A program made the translations under genes and the position numbers. A DNA stretch of 64,000 nucleotides, from positions 2,075,238-2,139,237 of the forward strand of contig NC_057754.1 of assembly GCF_004010195.1 (NCBI RefSeq). Direction: 5' to 3'. Positions 38,361 through 50,200 of the stretch are shown one piece after another (position 1 is the first letter of the stretch; the number at the start of each line of letters is the position of its first letter). The notes beneath the pieces are model-generated. The model worked only from the letters and a program-made list of their open reading frames with translations, was not told the DNA's origin and searched no databases. This stretch comes from Chiloscyllium plagiosum (lineage: Eukaryota).

Positions 38361-38459
38361 CACAAATGTAGAGTATGTCTGATTAATACATAGGGAGTGT
38401 GTTTATCAAACAGCTTTCTTATTTTGCTCTCTTTTCATTCTGTTAATGCTTCTGAATGA

Positions 38460-39045
38460 CTTTTTTTTATTAATTCATGGGATGTGGGCATTACTGGATG
38501 GGTCAGCATTTATTGCTGGTCCCTAGTTGCCTTTGAGAATGTGGCGATGAACTGTCTTCTTGAACTGCTGCACTCTCACAACATTGTTAGGGAGGGAATT
38601 CCAGGACTTTGTGGCAGCAATACTGAAGAAACGACAATATATTCCCAAGTCAGGATGGTGTCTGGCTTGGATGGGAACTTGCAGAGTGTGGCCGTTCCAT
38701 GCATCTGCTGCCATTGTCCTTCTGGATGGTAGTGGTCATGTGTTTGGAAGGTGTGGTCTAAGGAGAATTTCTGCAGTACATCTTGTAGATGGTTCACTGC
38801 TGCTACTGAGCGTCAGTGGTGGAAGGAGTGGATATTTGTGGATGTGGTGCCAGTCAAGCTGGGCTGTTTTATCCTGGATGCTGTTGGGCTTCTTGAGTGT
38901 TGTTGGAGCTGCACTCAGCTGGGCAAGTGGGAAGTATTACTTCACGCTCCTGACTTGTGCCTTATAGATGGTGGTCAGGCTTTGGGAAGTCACCGCCTGC
39001 ATTTGTAGCCCCAGTATTTATATTGGTAGTCCAGTTCTGTTTCTG
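38460..39045 (-). mobile_element. CR1-group (L2/Crack-like) LINE 3' fragment
   Basis: FFSIAATKSWNSLP..FKKTVHRHILKGN* followed by an A-rich tail. Confidence 0.75.
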
Positions 39046-40163
39046 ATGCAACTTTCATCCAGAGGACTGCTTTTTAGCTTTCTTACAGCTAGCACTACAC
39101 ATACACGGACTCTTTAGATATCTGAATATTCACATTTGAGCACTGAGTAGGTTAGATTCCACTGTTATCAGTGTGATATTGATAAATGACAAAGAGCTAA
39201 ACTGTAGCCAGTCACTAGTTTTCTGCTTGTTCATCTGTCACTGGTCTGAGTCTATTTAAAAGCTGGAATGAAGGTTCACCACAGAGAGTTGATACTTTCT
39301 AATGAACCTGTTCAGAAATTCTATGATACCCCTCTGGATCAGGTGGGATTTGAACATTGGCCTCCTGTCTCATAGGTGGGGATGCTACCACTGCACTGCA
39401 AGAGCCCTAAAACCAGATGGGTTTTCTTAACAATTGACACTGGATTCATGGTAATCATTAGACTTCTAATTCCAGATTTCTATTGCATTCATTTTCCCAC
39501 CTGGAATTTGAACCCAGGTTCCTAAAATATTACCTGTCTCTGGATTACCAATCTAGTGATAATGCCACTAGGCCATCACATCCCCAAAACAGCGTGACAA
39601 AATGATGGCAATAATCAGGCTTAGTTATCTCAAATTGCAGAGAAAATATGAAGACTGCAATTTCTTACAGCAGAGAAGGAGGCTGTTTACCTTACTGTGC
39701 CTGTGCTGTGGAGCAGCGACTCAATCAGTCCCACTCTATCCTCTTCTTTCCCCCTCCCACCCTGAAGAAGTTTTCCTCTTCAGTCAAGTCTGTGTCACAT
39801 TCTAATCTAGGTTACTGTGAAGCAAACAATGAGCTCGTTCCTTCATCATTTGGCACTCTGCTTTCTTTGAGGTTACTTCATATTGTGTCTTGCCGAGGAT
39901 AGCCACAAATCATTCTGACAATATCAAATGAGATGACACCTAATGTGATGATTCTTTAAAAGACAGATTAATTCAAATGTATTCCTCGCTCAACAGGTGT
40001 GTGTTAGTTATAGAAGCCATGATAAGAATGACTTATCTGATTAAACTATCTGTCCTTTACATGTACTGAGTTTATAAAATAAGGAGAATGCTTTTTAATC
40101 TTATCCCAAGAAAGCTGAGCTGACTCATGTCCAGTTTCACAATTCTGGCTTCCCTTCTGAACT

Positions 40164-40461
40164 TTGATTTGATTTGATTCCCTACAGTGTGGAAACAGGC
40201 CCTTCGGCCCAACAAGTCCACACCGACCCTCTGAAAAGTAACCCACCCAGACCCATTTCCCTCTGACTAATGCAACTAACCTATGGGCAATTTCCCATGG
40301 CCAATTTACCTGACCTGCACATCTTTGGACTGTGGGAGGAAACTGGAGCACCCGGAGAAAACCCACACAGACACGGGGAGAATTTGCAAATTCCACACAG
40401 ACAGTTGCCTGAGGCTGGAATTGAACCTGGGACCCTGGTGCTGTGAGGCAGCAGTGCTAAC
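40164..40461 (-). mobile_element. HE1-type V-SINE
   Basis: Same head and core as 25185-25491; (aatca)n tail. Confidence 0.92.
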
Positions 40462-40779
40462 GAACGTCATCCAATTATTCAGGCAATATATAAAAGAGTG
40501 TTCAGCATTGACACAGGCTACTTGTCCCAATCAGTCCAGGCTCTTCAGTGAACATTATCCTTCTCCCACATGTTTGACTGGTTTTGCCCTGAAGTATACA
40601 GATGCTATTCGCCTCACATTCATCAGTGCACCAAAGCACTAGGAACCCATATGATGTGCATCAAACTGCTGTTGGACCAAATCCTGATGATCATAAATGG
40701 GCAGTTGTTAGCGAGGCATCCTAGATGGTGAGTAACCTGGAGTGAAAATCCTGGAAGAGATTTTTCTCCCTTTCAACCT

Positions 40780-41120
40780 GTTTTTCCTTTATTCCTTTGT
40801 GGAATGAAGGATCCACTGCCAGCAATTGTTGCCCATGGACTGCCTTGCTAGGGCCATTTCAGAGTGCAGTTAGGAGTCAAACACATTACAGTGGGTTGAT
40901 AGCTTTCCTTCCTTAAAGGATATTAATGAACCAGATGGGTTTTTGCGATAATCAAGGTTAGTTTTATGGTTGCCATCACTGAGACTAGCTTGCAATTCCA
41001 GATTTTATTATTGAATTTAAACGCTGTCATCTTCTCCAGTAGGATTTGAACCCATGTCCCCAGAGCATTAGCCTGGGCTTCTGGATTACTGGTTCAGTGA
41101 AATGACCATTACACGGCATC
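40780..41120 (-). mobile_element. tRNA-derived SINE, second family (other copies ~39410-39585 -, 42255-42560 -, 49715-50020 +, 63130-63495 +)
   Basis: Shared core catctggttcactaatg.cctttagggaaggaaatctgc and LINE-like tail. Confidence 0.7.
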
Positions 41121-41228
41121 TCCCTGAGCTCCAGCCTCAATTGCAGGCACACTTTCTCTGTGCCTACTTTTTAACAGCAACCCACATTTGCCTGCGAGTT
41201 ACAGCTCCTGTGGAGAGTTCTTTCTCAG

Positions 41229-41336
41229 GTAATTATATTGAAGGTGTGTGTTCAGTCATTCATAAAATGCTGCATGGCTGTGAAAAGCTGTTGCTCGCGA
41301 CGCTGTGGGAGGACAACAACAGACATTTCATTGAAG
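41229..41336 (+). other. Candidate 108 bp internal exon
   Basis: ttctttctcag acceptor, AAG|gtcagt donor, open in two frames, CpGs retained; protein not recognised. Confidence 0.25.
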
Positions 41337-42594
41337 GTCAGTAGCCTCCTGGAGGCATGTTGTTCAGACTCCCACTTAATGGGTTTATGCTGGCGGAAGA
41401 ACGTATTTAATTCTCTTGACTCTTTGTCAGCAGATGTCATGATTGTACACTTTTGAAATGTGGCTAACCTCTTGATGATTTAGTTTTGTGAGGAATGTTT
41501 TGACGAGCTATTGATTTTCTTAATTCGTGTCAGATCTCAAAAATAAACAGATATGAGAAACCTGAATGGTTCCTGATGCTCAGCTGGTTAAACACAATCA
41601 GCAGCTGAACAACACAGGGTCTCAGATGTAATTCCTCGTAGCTGGTCTCATCCAGGGGAGAATAGCTGCCTCAGTGCTTTGGGTGAGGGAGATGTGAATT
41701 AGGCACTCTTTCTCATGCTGACGATCCCTATTGGGAATGTCTGTTTAGAATACCGTCTGAGATTTGGGCCCAGCTCTTGGTAAAGTTCTATTTTTGTCTG
41801 TTCCATTGCTCTCCAGACTGGCCTCCTGTTGTCCACTTTCACTCAAAACTCTGCTGCCTATATCTTAACTCACGTCGAGACCTTTTGACCCATTAACCTG
41901 TTGTTTGCTCACCTGTATTAACTTGTGGCAATACCTCAAATTTTCAAGCATTCGTTGTTTCAAATCCCTGCATTGATTACCTTGCACCTGCCCATCTGTT
42001 AACTTTCTCTAACTCTTCAAAATCTTCGTGGTTATCCCATTCGGGATTTTTGCAAATTCCCAGATTTATTCCACATCCCAAATGTACCTTGAGCTGCCTG
42101 GGGTTAAGACTCTGAAATTCCCTCCCCTGAACTTTTTCAATTTCACTTCTTCCTTTTATGATGCTTACTCAAAGCTTACAAAGCTTTGGTCACTACTGTT
42201 TGATCACATCCTTTGCCTTTGGATTTTGTTTGATTGCAGTCCTGTTTATCTTTTATTCATTCACTGAATGAGAGCATCGCTGGCCAGGCTAGCATTTATT
42301 GCCCATCCATCTGACAGTTAAGAGTCAACCACGTTGCTGTGGGTCTGGTGTCACATGTAGGCCAGAGCAGATGAGGATGGCAGTTTCCCTCCCTCGAGGA
42401 CATTAGTGACCCAGATGGGTTTTTACAATGGGCAATGGTCATCATTAGACTAACAATGCTAGATTTTAATTGATTTCAAATTTCACCATCTGCCATGGCA
42501 CTACCTAGGTCTTTGGATGAACAGTCCTGCAATAATATCACTAGGCCATCAACTCCCCATCTCGCCTCCTGTGAAATGTCTTAGGGATTAACCC

Positions 42595-42970
42595 AAACGT
42601 ACAAATTAGGAGTTGATGCTGACCTTGAGCCTCCTGCACCATTCAATAAGATGGCTCTGTGTGTGTTCCGAATTCCACATTCCTACCCTACCCAGACTCT
42701 GCCTAACAAGAACCTATCTACCTCAGCCTTAAAAACACTCAGTGACTCCTTTTCCACATCTTTCTGAGGCAGAGATTCCAAATTCTCACAGCTCCCCAAG
42801 AAAAAAAAACCTCTCATCCCTGCCCTAAAAGGCTGAGCCCTAATTTTAAAACAGTGCCCCCTAATTCTGGGCTCACTCACTAGAAGAAACATCCTTTCCA
42901 CATTCACCTTGTCAAGACCATTCTGAATCTTACACACTTCAATCAAATCACCACTCACTTTTCTAAACTT
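42595..42970 (-). mobile_element. CR1 3' fragment
   Basis: SGDLIEVCKI..RGHCFKI..FKAEVDRFL. Confidence 0.85.
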
Positions 42971-45900
42971 CGGGTACTCAAATAGCTTGCTGAATCCCTC
43001 ATAAAGAATGGGGATATGGTAGAGATATAAGAGTTATCTACTGAGCCAAAATCTACAGGAGTCAGTGGCATTGACAGCATTATCTGCAGGAACCATCATA
43101 TTGTGCACTTCTTTTTTTCATACATCTTAAAATCAATGACTTTTACTGCTGCATTTTCTGAACATTTTCTCTATTTAAACAAAAGTAGACTCTATCATAA
43201 GATCTCCAGTTGTACAAGTTGTCAGCTGGAATTGGAACTTCGGAATTGACTGGGATTGGTGTCCACATCGTATGGTGATAACCCACCTGCAGGTCCAAGA
43301 TCATGACAACACTATCTCAAATTCACCTTGTCCCTCGCATTCCTGGGAAAACCACTGCCAACCCTAGGGAGTACAAGCAGGAGGCTGGGAGAACACAGCA
43401 AACCAGGCAGCCTGCAGTTTTTTTGTCTCTAACCACTAGGGACCACAGTTTTGGAGGAACCACAGAAGAGCTGAAGATCCTTAAAGATGTAAAGGTTGCA
43501 GCAGGTACCCAAGCTTGGGAAGAGTAAAATGGAGCTGAGGATGATGGTAATTCTATATTTGACTGACCTTTGTGCCCCAAGAATGTAATGCATATTCAAA
43601 AGTCATTCCGCTTCACATTTGGATGAGAAGAATTTTAATTGGTCTTCCTCGTTCTGCACCACATTAGCTGCTTCCATGGTACAGTTGGATCCTAATTTCT
43701 AGATGCCATGCACTTGAATTGCACTGATATTTGATCAGAGGAACCTTTTTGATTATGATTCATTATTTATCCAGATTACATGGTGAATTAACTCTTGATT
43801 GGTGCTAGTGGCTCAACATTCAGTCAACGTTCACTAGTGGAGAATGGTTAAGAGTGATCAAAGAAAGTGAGGGAAGAGGTGCTTTTATCACGTCTGTCAG
43901 AAATGTTCTGACAGCACTTCACATGCATTCTGTAATTGAAATGACTGTAGGTACATAGAGAAGAAAGATGCACCAGTTTCCCTGAACAGAGATATGACTC
44001 CAGGAATTGTGAAGATTTAAAATAATTGTGGAAGAATTAGAGGTGAGTGAGGTGAAATCCTTTCATTCTGGAATTCACTGTATGAAAGGATGATAAAAGA
44101 TGCAACCAGCATCTTCACATTTAAGAAATGATTGGATACACATTCAAAGTGCTGCTATCTCCAGGGCATTGGACCAAGAGCTGGATGCAGTGATGATGTT
44201 ATATTGCTCTTTACCAGTGGCACTGACATAATGACAGAACTTAATGGTTGCAGCAGTGAGCCTGACCACTGGGTGGTGAGCGTTTGGCAACCCCTTTGCA
44301 TCCATTACAGGCCCACCCCCACCCCCCACCCCCACCGAATTTAATGCCAGTTGGACTCTTACCTGAGGTGCTAAAAGTTGGCACACTGATTATGGCATTG
44401 ACTCCGGTTCTGGAAGTCATTGTCACACATGAACCTCAGAGACCCAAGGAGCCAGTAAGAAAGTTAGGGGGATTGCTGCTGTCAGTCCCACTGGAAGAAG
44501 AGGCCATTGCTGGTACAAAAATCATTGTCAGAGCTCTGAAGGGAGGGTAGGTGAGAACATAGTATGGAAGGAAGGCAGGCAGGGTTTGCAGGTGGGGTTT
44601 TCTCCATTGAACAGGGACTGCCCAATACAGAGGGACACCATTCACTAGGCTGTGGGCATGCCCTGCTCTTCAAGGCGTCAATTAGCTTTGGGTAAGAAGG
44701 TTGTCCTTGAATTCTTCCCTCCTGGATTTAATTGGGATCTGTGGGAAGGCACATTCCCATCTATAGCCATTCCTCCAATTCCCAACTCACTTCCTGTGGG
44801 GATTTGAATTCTGTCAATGATTACCTGTGCTGTAAATTTCACTGATTTAATGAGATGGTATGTAGCATGAACAAAGGTAAACCTGCAAACAACAGTTCCA
44901 AGCTGTTGCATGTGAAAGGAACATTGACCAGAACACCAAACCAGCTCTTTGAATGTTTCTGGTGCTGCTTTGACCATTCACTGAAAGGACTCAAGCAATA
45001 AATGAGTTATTGCTGACAAAAAAGGAAGAAAAGCCAAAAAATAAAATTACCACTAAGTCAATTCTTATTTTCTCAAGTGATTTTCATGGCTGGGTACTAA
45101 AACTGTATCATAATTAAAAAGTGAATTGCTGAAAGTCCATTCTGAAAGAGAAATGAAATTTGTCTTCCACAACTCTCAGTGTGGAGCATGATGTTTGTTT
45201 GCTGGATGTGATTTAATAATAATTTGAACAGGTGCCAATTCATCACTGCAGAAAAGTTCCGCTTCTCTGGAAAAAAAAGGGAATGTAATAAATAATAACT
45301 TCTTGATATCCTCGGTTATGAAGTCTGACACATTTATTAATGTTTTAATTCACGTAATAGCACATACTTTCAAATGGATGAAACGGTTGTTGTAGCCCTG
45401 AGGCCGCAGTCTTGTTCAGTTGGAGTTTGGAATCTGACAAAGTGACTGTGCAACTAATTTAGTTTTACAAGTCTGCAATTTCTGTATCTTTAACCCATCA
45501 AAGGTCAAGTGCAGTGTTTCAGCATCCCATTACCTTGGAATGAAACGATTCATGATTTCAGCTCCCCACCTGCTCAAACATTACATATTTCCTGACCTTC
45601 ACTGCCTTTCGTTCTCTTTCATGCACTGTGCACCATGAGTGCAAAGAGGTGTTTGGACATTTTTTTCAATTCTTGGGCCCGTTTTCAGTTTGGAGTTACA
45701 GCTCCTCTTCCAGATCCCCTCTAGATTGAAAGTACATTTTGGTCTGTCTAGTAAGACAAGTGAGTGTGAGTGTTTCCTTATTAGGGTGATTTGATGGATT
45801 AATTTGTATGTTGCATAATAAGATATTGGAAGTTCTAGTTTCGCATACATTTCTGTCAGTTTTTTTTATCATTATAAATTCCAGTGCTCACATTTATCAC

Positions 45901-47689
45901 AGAAAATGTTTGAACAAACTTGTCATAATGTAATTATACAATCTCATCACTTAAGGAACTTACAGTACTAAACCACATATATGATGTCAAATCGGAAACA
46001 GAATTGCCCATTACGTGCTCTGATCCATTTATCCCTTCTCTGCAAATCTGCTCCACATCTCCCCCACCCCACCCCCCTCAACCTTCTTCTCATCTGAAGA
46101 GAACATTTAGTCTCATTTCTTTGCAGAAGCAACATGAGGGATAATTGCCATCGATTGGATTTCTTTTAACATAAAAACAAGTCATACAATACCACACATG
46201 ATACCACATGGAATTAAGGGAAGTATGGAAACGTGGTCAGACGTGTGGCTAAAGAAAGCAGAGAGGAGGAGAAGAGATATACTTTTCAGACTGGAAAATG
46301 TGGAGAATGGTGGACTCAGTATAGAAGAATTTGTTAACCATTCGTACCGATAAATGATTGGATTGGAGAACTTGAGGGACACAATGTACAGCCCAGAAAC
46401 AGGCCATTTGGCCTAACAAATCTATATTGGTGTCTATAGTCAACAAGAGTCTCTCCCACCCATTTTCATCTTGTCTTATCAGTGCAACTTTCCTCTTCAT
46501 GTCTTCATCCAGTACATCCTTAAATGTATCTGTGTCATTCACCATTTTAAGGAGTCAATGAGGGAAACTATCATCATTGACATAGAGTAAGATTTTAAAG
46601 GGATAAGGAAGCTGATGGATCTAAGTCATTTCAATAGACAAAAGCAAAACCCTTGGTTTGTTTTCCAGATGAATAGAATACAAAAGCAAAAGGGATGGTC
46701 AGACTGGTAAAATAACATAAAACAAGAGTTTTGGAGAAACTGCTGTTCTGAAGAAGAGGCATTAGACTCAAAATGTTAATAATTATTGAACCTTACAGTG
46801 CACAAGGAGGTCATTTGACCGACTGTCTGGACCAGCTCCCGAAAGAGCTACTCAGCTAGTCCTGGTATTTTGCTGTTTTTTGTTTGGAAAATAATATCTT
46901 CATTGCATGTTGTGAAACTTGCTGTTAACCTGTTTGTTTTACTTGATGCTGTCCATGGGCAATGGCAGGCTATCCCGAAGAATAGCCTCAAATATGACGT
47001 TTGATATTGCTCTTTTTCACTTCAATGAGCTAACTGTGATGTTGAGGAAATTGCTAATCGGAAGTCCACAAATGTCGTTGATAGTTTGTATCCCAGTTGT
47101 CAGTTTAGGTATTAAAACTGATTGAAAAGACAGAAGCATTGGAAATACTGAGAGAACACAGAAAACAGGGCACAGCTAAAGGACATCTCCTGACTCAGTA
47201 ATAAAGTTCAAGGTAAAGGTTGAGGAGGATATGAGCTCCAAAAGGCAGAACTCCAAAAATTAAAGTGAGAAAGAAAGCTGTTTTATGGGGATGAGACTGG
47301 AATGAGGTTTAATAAATGGGAGGAGAAAATGATAAACTGAGAAACAGAACAACAGAGAAACATTTAAATCGGTGAACAGTAGAGTCAGGAGAAACGTATC
47401 TCACTAAAACTGTCAAGTGGTGACACACCAGGATTGATTAAAGAAATAAGGACAGAATGGACATCCTTAGCACACAGGCAACAAAGAAGATGATTCTTTA
47501 GATTATGAAAAGGTTAGGAAGCAAGTCAAAAACAGTATGAAAGGCAGAAAGGAAACCGTAAGACTAAATTATCAAGAAATATGAAAAGAAATAGTGAATT
47601 ACTCCATGAACTCATAACAACCAAAAGGAAATAGGAAAATAAACTATTTTGGCCAAGACTCTTCAGTAAAATATGCTTCTATGCTGTAG

Positions 47690-48592
47690 AAACAACCCAA
47701 CTCCTATACTCAAAGTTCTGACCAATAAAGGAAAGCATATCAAATGTCGCCTTCATTATCCTATCTACCTGTGACTCCACTTTCAAGGAGCTATGAACCT
47801 GCACTCCAAGGTCTCTTTGTTCAGTAACACTCCCCAGGACCTTACCATTAAGTGTATAAGTCCTGATAAGATTTGCTTTCCCAAACTGCAGCACCTCACG
47901 TTTATCTAAATTAAACTCCATCTGCAACTCCTCAGTCCACTGGCCCATCTGATCAAGATCCCGTTGTACTCTGAGGTAACCTCTTCGCTGTGCACTACAC
48001 CTCCAATTTTGGTGTCATCTGCAAATTTACTAACTATACCTCGTATGTTTACATCCAAATCATTTATGTAAATGACGAAAAGTAGTGGACCCAGCACCAA
48101 TCCTTGTGACACTCCACTTGGTCACAGGCCTCCAGTCTGAAAAGCAACCCTCCACCACCACCCTGTCTTCTACCTTCGAGCCAGTTCTGTATCCAAATGG
48201 CTAGTTCACCCTGTATTCCATGAGATGATACCTTGCAAACCAGTCTCCTATGAGGAACCTTGTCAAACACCTTACTGAAGTTCATATAGATCACGTCTAC
48301 CACTCTGCCCTCATCAGTCCTCTTTGTTACTTCTTCAGAAAACTCAATCAGGTTCATGAGACACGATCTCCCACACACAAAAACATGCTGACTACGCCTA
48401 ATCAGTCCTTGCCTTTCCAAATACGTGTAAATCCTGTCTGTCAGAATTCCCTCCAACAGCTTGCCCACCACCAATGTCAGGCTCACCGGTCTATAGTTCC
48501 CTGGCTTTTCCTTACCACCTTCTTTAAATAGTGGCTTCACGTTAGCCAACCTCCAGTCTTCCGGCACCTCACCTGACTATCGATGATACAAA
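47690..48592 (-). mobile_element. CR1/HER1 internal RT fragment lacking the 3' tail
   Basis: [41 protein letters not shown]; closely similar to 13370-14182. Confidence 0.93.
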
Positions 48593-48870
48593 TTTCTGTG
48601 CATCAGCTGTGATGACATCTGTTGTGCCACTCAAGATCTATCATTCTGCCTCCTGGACTAGATCCTAAATAAGGATGTTACAAAGTTGCCATCTGCCAAC
48701 TGGCAGTCATTGAATTTCCATGGTGAGAATGATCCTTGCTAGACAGGTTCCAGATTATCCAGGGTCCCTGTGCAGCCAATTTCTAATGCTAGGCTTTGAT
48801 ACATAGCCTTTATGCGCTTGTGGAGAGACAAATACAATGTTGAACATTACCAAAGATATCCTGTTTACAG

Positions 48871-48982
48871 GAAGATATTGAGGACTGCAGATGCTGGAGA
48901 TCAGGATCAAAAAGCATGACGCTAGAAAAACACAGCAGGTCAGGCAGCATCCAAGGAGCAGGAGGTTGACAATAAGCCCTTC
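48871..48982 (-). mobile_element. Single-arm Neptune-type pLTR insertion
   Basis: TSD atcctgtYtacag at 48858-48870 and 48983-48995. Confidence 0.8.
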
Positions 48983-50021
48983 ATCCTGTCTACAGACTAA
49001 GTGATGGACTGATCACCCTAAACTCTGCAAAAGAGGAAGCTGATGCCTGTCAGAGATTTGCATTAACTCTAAATAAGTGAAAATAAACACCACTAGAGTG
49101 TGGAGTCTGACATCTGATTACAATGCTGACTGACTGGACTTCTGGATGACGGAGGTGTCTTCACAGCTGCGATTTCTACTGTGTATCTCGATTCGCTGCT
49201 CTATCAGGGTGAGGAATGGCAACTGAAATGGGAGACTGACATCTTCTGAAAGGCATAGAATTCTGGAAAGAGATGGCAGTATTTGTCAAGAAAGAAGGAA
49301 GAACAAGGAAATGGTGAGCTGAAACCTGCAACGCTGAATGAAGTGAGCATCTGAAACTCTTCAGCAAAAAGGTTACAAGCTTTCAAGAGAAGGACACCAA
49401 TTTAAAGGCCAACTACAAGCTACTAAAACATCAGATTCAAAGTGAATTGGATTAAAAGTTCAAAATGTGAAGATGGCTTTGAAAAAGTTCAGGAAAGTCA
49501 ATGTTGAAATTACATGTTGGAACTTTGACAGCATTGAAGGTTGATTTGAGAAGGCTGGACACTAGCACGATAAATATGAGCTGCTGGATAGACAGAAACA
49601 CCAGCTGTTGCTGACAAGTTCCAGTGAGATATAAGACATCTGTTGATTCAGTAATTGGGGTTAAGAATCATATACAGATCCCAGGAAGCAGGATTGCATT
49701 CAGAGAAGAGGATGACTTAGTGGTAATGTCACTGGATCAGTAAAATTCAATTAACAAATCTGGAATTGAACACTAGTCTTGGTAATGGTGACTATGACAA
49801 CCACCACCAATTATTGTTTAAAAAAAGATATGGTTCACTAATGCCCTTTAGGGAAGGAAATCTGCTGTCCTTACTGATCTGGCCTACATATGACTCTATT
49901 TACAGCAATGTACTTTCAACTTAATTTATTTTCTGAAAGTTTAAGGAATATTTAAGAATAGGCAACAAATGCTGGATTTGCCAGCAGCACCCACACCCTT
50001 GATAGGATAAAGTTAAAAAAG

Positions 50022-50200
50022 CTGAAAATGTGTTGCTAGAAAAACGCAGCAGGTCAGGCAGCATCCAAGGAGCAGGAGAATTGACGTTTCGGGCATAAGA
50101 ACGTCGATTCTCCTCCTTGGATGCTGCCTGACCTGCTGCGCTTTCCCAGCAACACATTTTTCAGCTCTGATCTCCAGCATCTGCAGTCCTCACTTTCTCC
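50022..50200. mobile_element. Palindromic PLE element, sister copy of 8251-8435 in opposite orientation
   Basis: TSD taaagttaaaaaag at 50008-50021 and 50201-50214; same centre and ends as the 8251 copy. Confidence 0.9.

Noticed and set aside
44230..44770. GC-richer block with overlapping ORFs
   Set aside because: No motif or splice structure recognised; probably an old repeat that I cannot classify.
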